The notes: generated by a model from the letters alone, not told the origin. A stretch of DNA of 64,000 nt from Octopus sinensis (GCF_006345805.1 NC_042999.1:61938001-62002000); one strand, 5' to 3'. Shown: positions 1 through 13,347, counted from the stretch's first letter. Program-made: numbers and translations.

Positions 1-823
1 TGATAACCAAGATCTTACTTAAGATTGTGGCATGTCTGTGTTATGGATCCAATAATTCTTCAAGTCGATATAGATGCGATGAAGAACCCTTCGTGCCAAA
101 ATATAGTGTAACATTCCAAAGTCTTCGGCTTTCACTGATGTGAATTTTAATATATACTAACTGCACGTTTTGTGTTTGTATCTATAGGTTGCAATGTATG
201 CTTAGATGAAGCATGAACTAAAAACATTTTGACACAGCTACAAGTTCTTAAGCATCAGTAATTTGATTATTTCTCATATAGACAAAATTCTAAAGCAAAA
301 ATAATGTCCTTTTACGAAAATGCCAACAGGGAAATCAAAAGTTCAGTCTGAACAAGAAGTAATAAACCAATTACAGAACTAAACTCATCAGTAAATTGTC
401 CACTATTAATTGGATATGAAAGCTGTAAGAACCAATTATTTTGCAACAACTCTATACCGACTTTATGTCAAAGCTGATATTAGAACGAAATATAAATTTG
501 GCGTCTGTATTGTCATCGCAAAGAGAACTTATTTGCTGAATAAGGATTAAATAAATGTTTAGATGCAGAAGGCATAGCGCAAACTGATTTCCGATTAAAT
601 TTATTACAACACTTTGGATCTGTATTTTCAGTAAACTGAGTTGAAAATAATTCACAGTGACAATTACCACTCTACAAAACTGAATAGACACTATCCACAC
701 TGTTGTCAGCTTACTGGAAATTCTAACAATTGTAATCTAGATTCTATAAAACCTATATCGACATATGATATGAAAATGGAAATGATTAATTCGTGCAGGT
801 TTGTGATTTCTTTAACATTTATA

Positions 824-994
824 GGCGCAGGAGTGGCTGTGTGGTAAGCAGCTTGCTTACCAACCACATGGTTCCGGGTTCAGTTCAGTCCCACTGCCTG
901 GCACCTTGGGCAAGTGTCTTCTACTATAGCCTCGGGCCGCCGACAAAAGCCTTGTGAGTGCATTTGGTAGACGAAACCTGAAAGAAGCCCGTCG

Positions 995-1054
<60 letters not shown>

Positions 1055-1270
1055 CGTGTGTGTTTGCCCCCCTCCCCCAACATCGCTTGGCAACCGATGC
1101 TGGAGTGTTTACATCCCCGTAACTTAGCAGTTCGACAAAATAGACCGATAGAATAAGTACTAGGCTTACAAAGAATAAGTCCTGGGCTTGATTTGCTCGA
1201 CTAAAAAGGCGGTGCTCCAGCATGACCAGAGTCAAATGACTGAAACAAGTAAAAGAGAAAAAATAAAAGA
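824..1270 (+). mobile_element. tRNA-derived SINE, family A, full length with internal (TA)n(TG)n
   Basis: Head GGCGCAGGAGTGGCTGTGTGGTAAG...GGTTCAGTCCC (A/B-box-like), internal microsatellite, tail GAAACAAGTAAAAGAG; near-identical copies at 6121 and 23129. Confidence 0.85.
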
Positions 1271-1776
1271 GATATTCAGGTAATTGATTGTATTGTCACT
1301 GCACGGTTGAGTGGAAGGAATAACAGAATATTGGATAGTACTTAGTTTCAGTTTACTCTCTAAGTTCCAATGTTGTTGAGGAAATTTTTTTGTCCTTTTT
1401 TTTTCTTTTCAAGGTTCGAGAACATAAATTTAAGGGATGAATATACAATGTAGCAGTCCACTGCCGAGCGTATCCCTTTTCTTGCCTAAGAGGGTTTGAT
1501 CGTAAAGCTGCCATGCGATTTAACGCTGAGGGGGTTCTATGTTGGTCTTAAAACTTTTTGCTATCTAGATGGAAAGAAGAGAATTGAGATAGAGTATTTT
1601 GTTCCAGGATATAACGCACGTCTAGGGCCCGGCCCGAAATCATAGCTTTTTACCTTATAATTATAATTGGCTGCCCTTATGCCTAGCAATTAGGTGACGC
1701 ACCATTTCAACGAGAAAATAAGCGTATGAATATGCAGGGTTGAGCTGATGTATGTAATAATTATTAGTTTTACTAA

Positions 1777-1970
1777 GGCGGCAAACTGGCAGAATTGTTA
1801 GCATGCCGGAGCAAGTGCTTAACGGCATTTCGTCCGTCTTTATGTTTTGAGGAGAAATTCCGCCGAAGGCAGCTTTGCCTTTCGTCTTTTCAGAGTCAAT
1901 AAAATAAGTACCAGTTAAATACTCGGGTCAATGTATGTAATCAACTACCCCCTCAAAACCTGCTGGTCTT
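1777..1970 (+). mobile_element. tRNA-derived SINE, family B (degenerate)
   Basis: GGCGGCAAACTGGCAGAATTGTTAGCATGCCGG head and TTTGCCTTTCGTCTTT...AATAAGTACCAG core shared with copies at 6978, 9423, 17150. Confidence 0.75.
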
Positions 1971-3248
1971 GTTTCGGAATTTCAAACCATTATTTTTTTC
2001 TATTGTTCTTGTTTTGTTTTTGCTAGGGGAATGAGCATCACCAGCAAACATTTTTGGTAGTGACAGAATAGTAAGATCGATCTGTTAAAGCTCAGTTTGA
2101 ATTTCTGTAGGCTACCGACTTGTGCAGGTAAAAAAAGTAGAAAGGGAGAGAATTCTAGAGGGTTACATATTTAAAGAAAAAATTGTTATGTAAAGTATTA
2201 GATTGAACAATTAAGGAACTCGATAAATGTATCGTAGGGGCTTGGTTGGAAGAGGTATGCATCAAGCTAGACCAGCCGCAAGATCCTCAGTAAAAGAACC
2301 ATCACGTCTGGCAGCCAGTCGTTATATTCTTGATGAGAGTGACCCCGCCAGCTAACTGAATGGAATTGTTTTCGATTCAGGTTTCTTTATTTATGAATGT
2401 AAGACAGCACCGTCCCAGTTATGAAAAGTGAGTAGTAATCAAATATGTGTCTCATCTGAAGTAGTCATATTAACATATTTTCTGACCTTGAATAGAACGC
2501 CTAGTCTTTATTTTGGCAGTTTCTTTATATGTGAGGTTGCACGAGATAACATCAGGCCTAGAATTTGTGGCGAATATAAAAATCTTATTGTAACCTCCTT
2601 AAACCTGACTCAAATTTAACACAGCGTACATAATATACTGAACAAACATTGTGCTAAGTGTGCTACAGGACAACGCGTATTCAAAGTTTACAGAACTATG
2701 CATAACAAACAAAAAACTGGAGGAAGAGATAATATCTAGACAGCCATTTCTGAACAACCACTCCATTTCTGAACAAATTCAACGCGATATGGTGCGGATA
2801 TATGTTCCGCATATAAGGGCATACAGAGGGCAAGATTTTAATAAAAATCTACGAACAATGATACAAAGTATTTTACATAAATCTTTACAGAATGCTGGCA
2901 TTCTCTTGGCCGTTCTGATTTAAAACTGCTCGCAGTTACTTTTGGAACCAGCAACTACGTTCAGAAATGGGATGGTGGAGAAGATTAAAGTTATTCTATT
3001 TTCATTAAATTATATTCTTTTATTATTATAACTGTACTTTACCAATTTATCTAATGACAATTTTATGTAATTATTGTGTGAAGTTTTTAAACGTTAAGCA
3101 TATCTTAACTACTGTAAGATGAATGTTTCTCTCCACGCGTTTCTCAAATATAATTTTGCCTGTATACCTATATACATTTTTGTAATACTTTTATAATTGA
3201 GCTTAATGTATGTACGAATGAGCCTTGTCAATAAATAAACGAAAGTTA

Positions 3249-3289
3249 TAGTAGTAGTAGTAGTAAGTAGTAGTAGTAGTAGTAGTAGT

Positions 3290-3324
<35 letters not shown>

Positions 3325-3392
3325 TAGTAGTAGTAGCAGTAGTAGTAGTAGTAGTAGGAGGAGGAGGAGAAGGAGGAGGAGGAGGAGGAGGA
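3249..3392. repeat. Compound (AGT)n/(AGC)n/(AGG)n microsatellite
   Basis: Direct reading. Confidence 0.95.
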
Positions 3393-3539
3393 GTGCAATT
3401 GATAAGACGAATTGCTAGAGAGGCGAACAGAATAGCTTACTGTATGCAGTATGTCGTTTTAAGATCTGCATTCTTATCCTGCTGGAATGAATCTTTCACA
3501 TAAATTCTTCCAAAACCGTTGAAATTAAGTACCACCACT

Positions 3540-3556
3540 TTCTTCTTCTTGTTCTT

Positions 3557-3628
<72 letters not shown>

Positions 3629-3695
3629 TTTTTTCTTCTTCTTCTTCTTCTTCTCCTCCTCCTCCTCCTCCTTCTTCTTCTTCTTCTTCTTATTC
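3540..3695. repeat. Compound (TTC)n/(TTA)n/(TCC)n microsatellite, probable tail of the adjacent LINE remnant
   Basis: Direct reading. Confidence 0.95.
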
Positions 3696-3960
3696 TTATT
3701 CGAGTGTCTACTACCAGCATCACGTAACTCCAAGGATCTCTATTTCCCAATTAGCTTTGGTAAGCCTTCCATTTTGGATTGTACACCTTTGCATGTAATA
3801 ACATTAATATCCTTGAACAGTCTTCGTCCTCTAATAGGGTGCGGAAGTGTCCAGTATATAACTTCACTAATAGCCACGTGTTCAGCGTAATAGCAGTTGC
3901 TAACAAAGCCTACCGAGGCTAGTTTAATCAACTATAACCCACAAAACTAGCACCATATTT
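3696..3960 (-). pseudogene. RTE-like LINE 3' end remnant
   Basis: Minus-strand translation YAEHVAISEVIYWTLPHPIRGRRLFKDI...EGLPKLIGK*RSLE resembles the RTE C-terminal W-P-x-H-x-R-x-RGRP region and runs into an (AAG)n/(AAT)n tail. Confidence 0.45.
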
Positions 3961-4200
3961 GATGTCTTGTGTCCATGTTAAATAAATATTACTTTCTTAA
4001 ACAAAAAAAAAGTGCCTAAAACTATAGCGGTAACTTGCGTTGTTGCAGAGCAGAATGTAACTTATACTCATAATAAATTTCTCCAAAGGCATAGGAATGT
4101 ATAAGAAAGTTGTGTATGCGTATATTCATTTATATAGATATATGTTTGTATGCATGTATGCATGCATGTATGCATGCATGTATGTATGTGTATATACATG

Positions 4201-4257
<57 letters not shown>

Positions 4258-4989
4258 ATGTGTGTGTGTGTGTGTGTGTGTATTTATATGTAGGCATGTG
4301 TGTGTATGTATATGTAGGCATGTGTGTGTATGTATATCTATATATAACATATATGAAATTCAAAACGTTGTATGTAACATACCTATACATATGAATATAT
4401 ATGTATATAAAAACATACATACGTATGTACATTCTCATATATGTTAGTATATGCATATATAAATAAATATATATATATATATATATAATTTTTTGTGTCT
4501 CGCTTGTTGCTTGGATATGATTCAAATTGAGTCCCGTCGTTCGCAGTAGCCTAGAGCAACAGAACACAAGAACATCTTGGAATGCAATATTTAACAGACG
4601 TTCTGCAATGATTTCCAAGATAGGTCAAAGAAAACTATTCAGCCCTAAGTGTTCAAAAGGGACGCCAAAGATGTCTAGTTGGAAAGCAGCCAGATTCTTT
4701 CTCACACATATTCTCTCGTTTTAATAAATAAATAAAAAACTACGTATAAGTAATAAGCGTAGATACAAGCACTCGCAAGCACACGATTACACCAATCTTT
4801 ATATGCGTCTTTGTACGTACGTACGCCTACGTGTCTGCGTGTGAGTGTGCGCTCGTAAGCATGCATGTTTCTAAGTATGCATTGATATGTATGTATGCAT
4901 GTATGTTTGTATGTATGCAAGTCTGTGTGCACATATGTTTGCATGCATGTTATTGCATGTGTGAATCTATATGCCTATATATGCATATC

Positions 4990-5297
4990 ACCGTGATCAT
5001 CGTGACCGACCAGGCTATTAGATGTTGCTACACATCGCTGGTCACAATGCGCTTCGCATTGTTTTAGCCTTCAAGTGGCGCCACCCCGTTGGCTAAGCGA
5101 GCCGGCCAAGAGAAGAAAGAGTGAGAGAAAGTTGTGGCGAAAGAGTACAGCAGGGATCGCCACCACCCCCTGCCGGAGCCTCGTGGAGCTTTAGGTGTTT
5201 TCGCTCAATAAACACTAACAACGCCTGGTCTGGGAATCGAGACCGCGATCCTACGACCGTGAGTCCGCTGCCCTAACCACTGGGCCATTGCGTCTCC
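4990..5297 (-). mobile_element. tRNA-derived SINE, family C
   Basis: Minus-strand head GGAGACGCAATGGCCCAGTGGTTAGGGCAGCGGACT...GGTCTCGATTCCC with A- and B-box-like motifs. Confidence 0.75.
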
Positions 5298-5423
5298 ATA
5301 TATATGCATATAGATACTTATATGTATGAGGATAAGGTGTGCGAATGTATTTCTATATATGAGCGTGTAAGTAGATAACATCTATGTACATTTCTATGCA
5401 AGCATACACATGCACTGGCATGT

Positions 5424-5735
5424 ATATATCTGAGACCCCCTTAGGTCATGACTGACCGTGGGATTGCACCTAGAAGGTTACCCTCCCAGGCACAAGTCCG
5501 GGTAAGGTTGTTTTGGAAGACCAGCAGTCGCCCATGCATACCGGCCTCCCCTCTCCACGCCACCAGTGCCGATACAGCTTGGCACCAGTGATGTCACAAC
5601 TCATTTCTACAGCTGAGTGAACTGGAGCAATGTGAAATAAAGTGTCTTGCTCAAGAACACAACACGCAGGCCGGTCCGGGATTCGAGTTCACAACATCAC
5701 GATCCTAAGCTCGCCGCTCTAACCACTGAGCCATG
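5424..5735 (-). mobile_element. tRNA-derived SINE, family D, CORE-like central domain
   Basis: Minus-strand head GGCGCATGGCTCAGTGGTTAGAGCG...ACTCGAATCCC, then TTGAGCAAGACACTTTATTTCACATTGCTCCAGTTCACTCAGCTGTAGAAATGAG. Confidence 0.7.
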
Positions 5736-6120
5736 CGCCTTCAATGATGATAATAGATTTAACACCAAAATGAAACGAATTACACAAAGAATCTCTCCTT
5801 CAAATATTCCCTTTGAAATATTTATAACATTGGAGACGATAGTTCGGCTCTCAGTTCGAATTCTAAGAATATTTGCCCATGTCTCTGTGAGCCTCTCAAT
5901 AGCAGCAATTAAGGTAGGAGAAAATTTGTCAAGGGTAGAGACTTCAGCAACCAATGGGGGAAAATCGAGTCGAATGCTTTCCTATAACCGAGCCGTACTG
6001 TTGCAAGGTTTCTACGATGTTTTTTGCACTTCAGACAACTACAAGTCGGAAATATAAATCTAGTGACAACTTTTAAGACTGTGAAATTAGAAGGAAGACG
6101 ACTAACATGACTGAAGTATA

Positions 6121-6538
6121 CTCTTTTATTTGTTTCTGTCATTTGAGTGTGGCCATGCTTGAGCACCGCCTTTAGTCGAGCAAATCGACCCCAGGACTTA
6201 TTCTTTGTAAGCCTAGTACTTATTCTATCGGTCTCTCATGCCGAACCGTTAAGTTACGGGGACGTAGACACACCAGCATCAGTTGTCAAGGGATGTTGGG
6301 GGGACAAACACAGACACACAAATATATACACACACATACATATATATTCATATATATATATATATATATATATACGACGGGCTTCTTTCAGTTTCCGTCT
6401 ACCAAATCCACTCACAAGGCTTTGGTCGGCCCGCGGCTATAGTAGAAGACACTTGCTCAAGGTGCCACGCAGTGGGACTGAACCCGGAACCATGTGGCTG
6501 GTAAGCAAGCTACTTAACACACAGCCACTCCTACGCCT
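6121..6538 (-). mobile_element. SINE family A, full length, inserted in the LINE remnant
   Basis: Reverse complement of the 824-1270 element with a different internal microsatellite. Confidence 0.9.
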
Positions 6539-6977
6539 ATATAAAAGAAAATGATGAACAACCTTAATTAACATTGTAAAAGTATGTTTAAGTTTTATTT
6601 ATATGCTTAGGAAAAAGGCTGCCTAATTTATTTTAAAGCAGGGTACATCTTGGTAAGTGTCTTACAGTCCCTTTTTTCTTCCTACCTGCTCATCAGTCAA
6701 TATGTCGCTGGACTCGTAATGATACTGGAAGACTTGGTTGAGACAGCTTCTGTATGGTTCGTACATAATGTTTAGGCAAGCAATGGGCCGATAGTTTTCT
6801 GCCAGCTCGGTGGTTTGAGTCTTCGCTATATAATTCGTCCGTGCAATGACAAGCCAATTTGGTATGTCAGTCTGGCATTTCAAAGTTCTTATGAATATAC
6901 ATATTAGTGGTTTTCGGTAAAATGTCAGCTTTTTGTACCAATATTAGATCTCTTTCAGGTGCCTTTCCATTATACAT

Positions 6978-7206
6978 ATTTCTTTATTACCCACAAGGGG
7001 CTAAACACAGAGGGGATAAACAAGGACAGACATAGGTATTAAGTCGATTACATCGACCCCAGTGCGTAACTGGTACTTAATTTATCGACCCCGAAAGGAT
7101 GAAAAGCAAAGTCGACCTCGGCGGAATTTGAACTCACAACGTAACGCAGACGAAATACCGCTAAGCATTTCGCCCGGCGTGCTAACGTTTCTGCCAGCTC
7201 GCCGCC
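6978..7206 (-). mobile_element. SINE family B, full length, inserted in the LINE remnant
   Basis: Minus strand GGCGGCGAGCTGGCAGAAACGTTAGCACGCCGGG...GAGTTCAAATTCC...GTCGACTTTGCTTTTCATCCTTTCGGGGTCGATAAATTAAGTACCAG. Confidence 0.9.
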
Positions 7207-8339
7207 TTTTCATTATACAGTTTACCTACAACTATAGTGAATGTTCCTGGGCCAACTGCATATATTTTACTGTTTATGTTGGAACAGGATTCTCTCTTTA
7301 CTGAAGTTAGTAACGATGCATTAAGGTTGAAATCCCATTTCTCGTTCCAGATTGTCAGCCAGAATGATACAAAATTTTCTCGAGAGAGAACTTTCTTAGC
7401 GGTAATATTTTCATTTCTAATTTCTCTGTATAATGTCTGTGGGCTAGAAGCAAACTTGTAATTAATACAGGCTCGCTCAAAACTTCTCATGCAGTAGCGA
7501 AGATTTTCGCTGGTGTTTTAAAGTAATTAAACTTCCCTCAGGAGGTTCGCGTGAAGAGTCACCATGGAGTTTTGTTAATTTATTCATAAGATGTAACTGA
7601 TGATGTGTAAACTCATTATTCCTCTTACATTTTATTATCGCAGTCAACCATCCAATATGACCACGCAGATTGTTGATATTTTCTTCAAGTTTTCTTTTCC
7701 ATTTTGGTTACTTCCGTTTAGTAGTTTCATTACCATGTATATATCCATACTTCTCCTAGGTGTTCTTTAAGAGTGATAACAGCTGTGTATATGAAGATTT
7801 TCATGTTCCAGTAATTAACATCATATGATTCCATGTGCTCTCCAGCGACATCGTCGGTAACTTTCAACATCAGAATTGTTGAATTTTTTCCAAATCTTGC
7901 TAAGAATGACATCTGATGGCGTAGGATAATGGGTACATACACTTAGTGCTCAGGTCAACTTCGTACTTAAACTCCGACTTTAAATGTAAGTTTAAATGAA
8001 AGGATATGATACGCAAGTTGGCTATAGGTAATGTATTGATCAGGCTGGTACATGTATAATGGAATAAATAACTGATAAATAACTGGTATAGGGTCTTTTC
8101 CATCCTCGGAAGAGGAAGTACAATAGGACGTGCGTTAAAACTTTCGTTGGGACTCTTTGCCCACCAAGTCCTAACGAACTTCCCCTCCGATGATAGAATA
8201 GATTGCTACTAAAATGTTGACTGCAAACAGCTTGCAGAGAACTGCACCAATTAATATTCTTGCTATTCTTGAAATAGCAGTAGAAGTATGCTGCACACTT
8301 TCCGTTTCCTTATCTTTCAGTTTTAAGGCTTTACATACT

Positions 8340-8668
8340 CACATATTTATATTTTCACGTGCGCATAAATATCCACATGCACATACATGCTCTCACGCAC
8401 ACCTTCGTTCTGGGATCACCACTACTTTATTACCTCCCCTTCTTCCTAGTTCTGTCTCTATCTGGCATTTGCCATGATTGATCGCTAGTCACTAAACCTT
8501 TTCTTTTTTAATTTCTCACTCTGTTTATTTCTATGTTCCTTTCTGTTGAAGAGCGAAGGCTCGAAACGTAAAATACTTCCTCCTTTCCGAGCGTTAAACT
8601 AATACATCTGTTAGTTGTTTACACACCCGTCTTCGTATTTTGTTTTGTTTATTTTTTGTAAATTCCAA
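8340..8668 (+). mobile_element. PLE-type 3' end/pLTR (family P) with minimal hammerhead-like motif at ~8538-8575
   Basis: CTGTTGAA-GAGC-gaag-GCTC-GAAACGT; ends at (TATC)n(TA)n; homologous to copies at 21877, 40320, 43423, 60050, 63677. Confidence 0.65.
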
Positions 8669-8687
8669 CTATCTATCTATCTATCTA

Positions 8688-8741
<54 letters not shown>

Positions 8742-9422
8742 ATATGCTTACACACACACACACACACACACGAATATACATATATATATATATATGTATG
8801 CGTGAGTGTGTATGTATTGTGCATATATGTTTGCATGTATCTGTGTATATTTGTGTGTGCGTGCGCAAGTGTGTGTATGTGTTTGTGCGTGTAAATACAA
8901 GATGCTGTCTCGCTGAAGTGATTGAGGTCTGTGAACCAGACCTCTGTTAAAATTGCTGCATTCAAAACATGAAATTTTTGAATCAATCAAAACAGTCTTA
9001 ATTTTCACGAGGACGACAACTTATTCTCCATAACTTTTGATACCTTTATAATTACTAACTAACGAGATTTTTTCTGTGTTCTGGTGACCTGCAAGAAATA
9101 GCAGATAAATCCATCTCAAACCACACTGTAACATATGTCTTCCTAAAATAAGGGTTGGAATATATTTGAAAGTGTAGGCCTCAATGCACACTGCCTGAAG
9201 AAATCACTGTGTGATCAAAACTCAAAAGGCCTTGATCATAAGTGTGCTGGATCAGGGCCAATCTAGATCTACGCAATAATAACAACAATGATGTCTATAA
9301 AAAAACGAACTGGATGCATAGAAGACATAGAAAAATAGCCAGTTTGCAAAATCAAAAATAATACTAAAAGGCAACGTTCCAGGGACAATTTTTTGTTTGG
9401 TTATTATTACCTAAAAAAAAGG

Positions 9423-9830
9423 TAAGGTGGTCACCTGGCAGTATCGTTAGCACGCCGGGCGAAATGCTTAGCGGTATTCCGTCTGCCGCTGCGTTCTGAG
9501 TTCAAATTCCGCTGAAGTCGACTTTGCCTTTCATCCTTTCGGAGTCGATAAATTAAGTACCAGTTACACACTGGGGTCGATATAATCGACTTAATCCGTT
9601 TGTCTGTCCTTGTTTGTCCTCTCTGTGTTTAGCCCCTTGCGGGTAGTAAAGAAATAGGTATTTCGTCTGCCGCTACGTTCTGTGTTCAAATTCCGCCGAG
9701 ATCGACTTTGCCTTTCATCCTTTTGAGGTGTCAATTAAATAAGTACCAGTTACGCACTGAGCTCGATGTAATCGTCTTAATCCCTTACCCCTAATTTGAG
9801 GCCCTATGCTTCTAGTAGAAAGAATTATTG
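9423..9830 (+). mobile_element. SINE family B, one full copy plus a tandem partial copy
   Basis: Family B core GTCGACTTTGCCTTTCATCCTTT occurs twice (~9517 and ~9702). Confidence 0.85.
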
Positions 9831-10291
9831 CCTATTAAAATACATGTAACACAAGAACAGGAGTTTTATAAATAATTTACAGTCTTAACAACATATTCTT
9901 TTATTTTACAGGTTTCAACCATTGGACTACATATATAGCCATACGGAACTATATATGTAGCTATATTGGGACACCACTTGAAGGATTTTGTTACCTGCTT
10001 CATGCCTAACCATTATTATTTGATGACCCCGGTTGAGGCAGACCTCACAACTTGAAATTAAACCACTATTGAACATATTATATGGAAAAGTTCACATATG
10101 CTTACTGATTAGAAACTATTATTTATAACTATATATACATATACATACATACATGCATACACCCATGCTGTGTGTGTGGGTGTACATGTCTATCTGCATA
10201 TGTGTAATCACACAGGCACACACACGCACATATATATCTATTTACATATATATAATAATATATATATTATAATAATTATATACATAATTAT

Positions 10292-10458
10292 AACAAGGCA
10301 TTGGCTATAGGCCTCTCCACGCTCTAGAAATAGACGCCAAAAGACGCTAATACCACTTTAAAGACTCCCAAAAGTAAAGCACTGGTTTTTAAGGTGGTAT
10401 TAGCTTCTTTTGGCGTCTATTTCTAGAGCGTGGAGAGGCTTATAGCCAATCACTTGTT
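10292..10458. repeat. Fold-back inverted repeat (71-bp arms, 25-bp spacer), MITE-like
   Basis: 10292-10362 is the reverse complement of 10388-10458 with ~5 differences. Confidence 0.9.
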
Positions 10459-10555
10459 TTAATTATTATATAACTATTATATTTGTAAAATTCATCTACA
10501 AGGTTTTTATTTCAATGCTGACCCCTTGGTAAAATCATTAATGTTTCTTAACCTT

Positions 10556-10634
<79 letters not shown>

Positions 10635-10982
10635 CATGCATACATACATACATACATACATACATACATACATACATACATACATACATACATACATACA
10701 TTTATATATTGCATGTGAATTATGTATGTGTACATACATGCGTACATATATATACACATTATACACGTTAATTCATAGTTCATGTTATAGTGCATGTGTG
10801 TGTGTGTGTGTGTGTATGTGTGTGTGTGTGCGTGTGTATGTGCGTGTGTATGCACGTATGTATGCATGTATATAGAAAAATACTGAGAAAGACTCAAAAA
10901 TGCGTTAAATTTTTATATGAATGTTTAAATTAAGCAAGTTCTTTTTTTAACAAAAAAGGTAAATAGTTTTGTTCTATATATT

Positions 10983-11356
10983 TATACGAGCAAAAGCCCA
11001 CCCCCCGTCCAATGGACGGTGCTGAGTTGTCAAACATTTAAACCAAATTTTCTCAAAACAACTTGTTCGACCGTCCCATAGCCCTCCCCTTTGAGAAACA
11101 CTGACTTAGGTTAAATCAGTGTTAGGTTAACCTAAATTTGAGATACGAGCAAAAGACGGATTTCGACTGATGTACTTGCGCGTACAAATGCACGTTCCCA
11201 CGGCTTTATCGATTTTTGTAATTTTTTTTCAAGACTTATACACGCCCTGATACCGTCGATATCTACATATCAAATTTGAGCGCAATCGGATGGAGGATGC
11301 CCGAGATCCTAGAAAACATATACACAGACAGACAGAATGGATTTTATATAATAGAT
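10983..11356 (+). mobile_element. Possible Helentron-associated non-autonomous element (HINE/DINE-1-like)
   Basis: 3' part ATATCAAATTTGAGCGCAATCGGATG...(ACAG)n...TTTTATATAATAGAT resembles DINE-like ends; internal ATACGAGCAAAAG duplicated. Confidence 0.4.
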
Positions 11357-11759
11357 ATACGAAAATGAAAATGCAAAAACTGTGTTTCCACATAATACAT
11401 ATTTTTGTATAATAGTATTGTCGAAAATATATTGGTGTTTGAATTTACCATTTCAGTTTGACATGCATGGCATATTTAAAAAGCGAGGGGATGAGGAGAT
11501 CTTAGGTTATTTGAGATTTTCGTATAGGAAACGTTTTGGGACATAAACTTTTGTGTGTGTGTGTGTAGCGGTCGAAAGAGGTTTCTAATTGAAAAAAAAC
11601 TCATATTTAACTGCCCATAATCGGGTTTGCGCTGTTATTCAGCTCTATTATTAATTGGACAGTTTGCATAAAAGGAAAAGAGACATGATGTCCCACGCAA
11701 AAATGAAATTATCTTTAAAAAATCAAAATATATCAGATTATGGATGGGAGATAACAGTT

Positions 11760-12360
11760 TACTCAAAGTAGCCGATTTCAGCTTCCACCACGGCTTCAAG
11801 GCGGCTCTGGAACCAAATGCATGCGTTCCTCACTGTCTCTGGGAAGATCTTCGAACATCTTTATCATGATCATCAGCTGGGCCTCGATGTGCAGGGTAGA
11901 GTGGCTGGTGTCTTTCTCAACCATGCCCCACACAGAGTATTCTATAGGATTACAATCAGATGGATTGGGGGACCAGAAACTGGGGCTAGTTAAGTCATAG
12001 AAATTCTCAGACAGCCACTTCTGACCCTTTCCCAACGTATAACAAGGAACTGTATCCTGATGCTATGCATAGGGTCTTCCAATAGCAACTCTCTCTAGTC
12101 AGAGTTTAACTACAGCCTCCAGCAGCTTCACATATCCGTTTGTATTGAGTCCCAAGGTGCCACACAGTGGGACTGAACCCGGAACCATGTGGTTGTTAAG
12201 CAAGCTACTTACCACACAGCCAAAGAAAATGATGAACAACCTTAATCGATTTTCGAACCTTATTGAGTTCTCATGAGAAACGCCCATAACATTGTAAATG
12301 TCTAAGGCCTTGTTCAAAGAAGTGGGGTGGCATGGTGGTACCCTCACAAGAGAGAGGCCA
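11760..12360 (-). pseudogene. Tc1/mariner transposase remnant (maT/DD37D-like), interrupted by a SINE A fragment at ~12151-12222
   Basis: QKWLSENF...FWSPNPSDCNPIEYSVWGMVE (WPPNSPDLNP.DY.VW-like motif); upstream NGYVKLLEAVVK and VMGVSHE. Confidence 0.65.
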
Positions 12361-12743
12361 TAGACATCACAATTTGGGTAATATAGTTACCCTTATAGCC
12401 TTTACAATATTCACGGAACATTCAGCAGTACTCGGTATTTTGACACCCGGCGCGCATCAAGGTAACTCTTTTCTAATATTCAGATGGCCTCCAGTCTGCA
12501 ATGTCAGCTAACTTTTTCTCAAGTACAACTTTAATCTGTATCCTCACCAACACTGTTCACCGATACAACAAACAGTTACTAAAATAATAAAAAAAAAGGA
12601 AACAAAACTTTCGTCAAATTTAGCCAAATGCCCTTTCTGTACCTGCTGTTATTTATAGCTTTCTATGCGTGGGTTGAGATACTCTCCATCTTCTACATAT
12701 AAAAGAATACATACATACATACATACATACATACATACATACA

Positions 12744-12777
<34 letters not shown>

Positions 12778-12849
12778 CATACATATATTTATTTATTCAT
12801 TCATTTATTTATCTATATATATGTATGCATATTTGTGTTTTTACCCCTC

Positions 12850-13070
12850 TGCAAAGGAATTTTATTTAATTCTTTTGCAGGAAGGACTGATTCGACGGGT
12901 CGTGTTCTGTCCTGACCTTCGAAACACGCATTGAGTCGAACCAAGGACAGCTGATGAAGGGGAATATTCCTTGTATTGTTTGTCTTGTTAAAAAAAGTCC
13001 GGTTCCTAGTGTGTTTTTATGTTTACGTTTCTCGTTGAGTTCTACGTCTATTTGTGGTGTCCTGTACACA
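12850..13070 (+). mobile_element. Dispersed repeat family Q (probable retroelement end abutting a microsatellite)
   Basis: Homologous to 59110-59330 (minus) and 59870-59945 (plus); shared AAGGGGAATATTCCTT hairpin and TGTCCTGTAC end. Confidence 0.55.
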
Positions 13071-13088
13071 CACACATATATATATATT

Positions 13089-13149
<61 letters not shown>

Positions 13150-13150
<1 letters not shown>

Positions 13151-13345
13151 GTTAATCCAAACATGAACAAAGAGAAAACACAACGCGAGGACGTGGAACA
13201 AGTATAGTGTTATTGAACGCTCAGGAAAGGAAAGAAAGAAGGAAGGTTTAACGTTTCGAGCGGAGCTCTTCGTGAGAAATATAGAAAAAAGGAAAAGTCC
13301 AAGGAAGGGAAGACAGAGAAATAAAATCGCCAACGATACACATGC
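13150..13345 (-). mobile_element. PLE-type 3' end related to family P, degenerate hammerhead-like motif at ~13247-13279
   Basis: Minus strand CTCACGAA-GAGC-tcc-GCTC-GAAACGT; flanked by (TA)n. Confidence 0.55.
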
Positions 13346-13347
13346 GG

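Larger units (their letters stand above)
5750..8100 (-). pseudogene. R4/Dong-like (restriction-like endonuclease clade) non-LTR retrotransposon RT remnant, split by two SINE insertions
   Basis: Collinear minus-strand fragments: FWLTIWNEKWDFNLNA (7182-7490), PNWLVIARTNYIAK...NYRPIACLN...EQVGRKKG (6662-6883), YRKAFDSIFPHWL (~5990), ISKGIFEGEILCVIRFILVLNLLS (~5790); stops and frameshifts. The upper boundary is approximate. Confidence 0.75.

Noticed and set aside
1-700. Possible host exons on the minus strand (AG/GT-like sites, short open frames)
   Set aside because: No recognisable protein similarity, stops interrupt the frames, and the implied intron would be only ~27 nt
2651-2923. 90-aa ORF, possibly a LINE C-terminal remnant
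   Set aside because: Only a vague resemblance to RTE/L2 tails, too weak to call
12900-12985. Family Q motifs GAAAC...CTGATGA (also 59175-59260, minus) as a permuted hammerhead
   Set aside because: The motifs occur in type II-like order, but no stem I hairpin or NUH site could be built consistently in both copies
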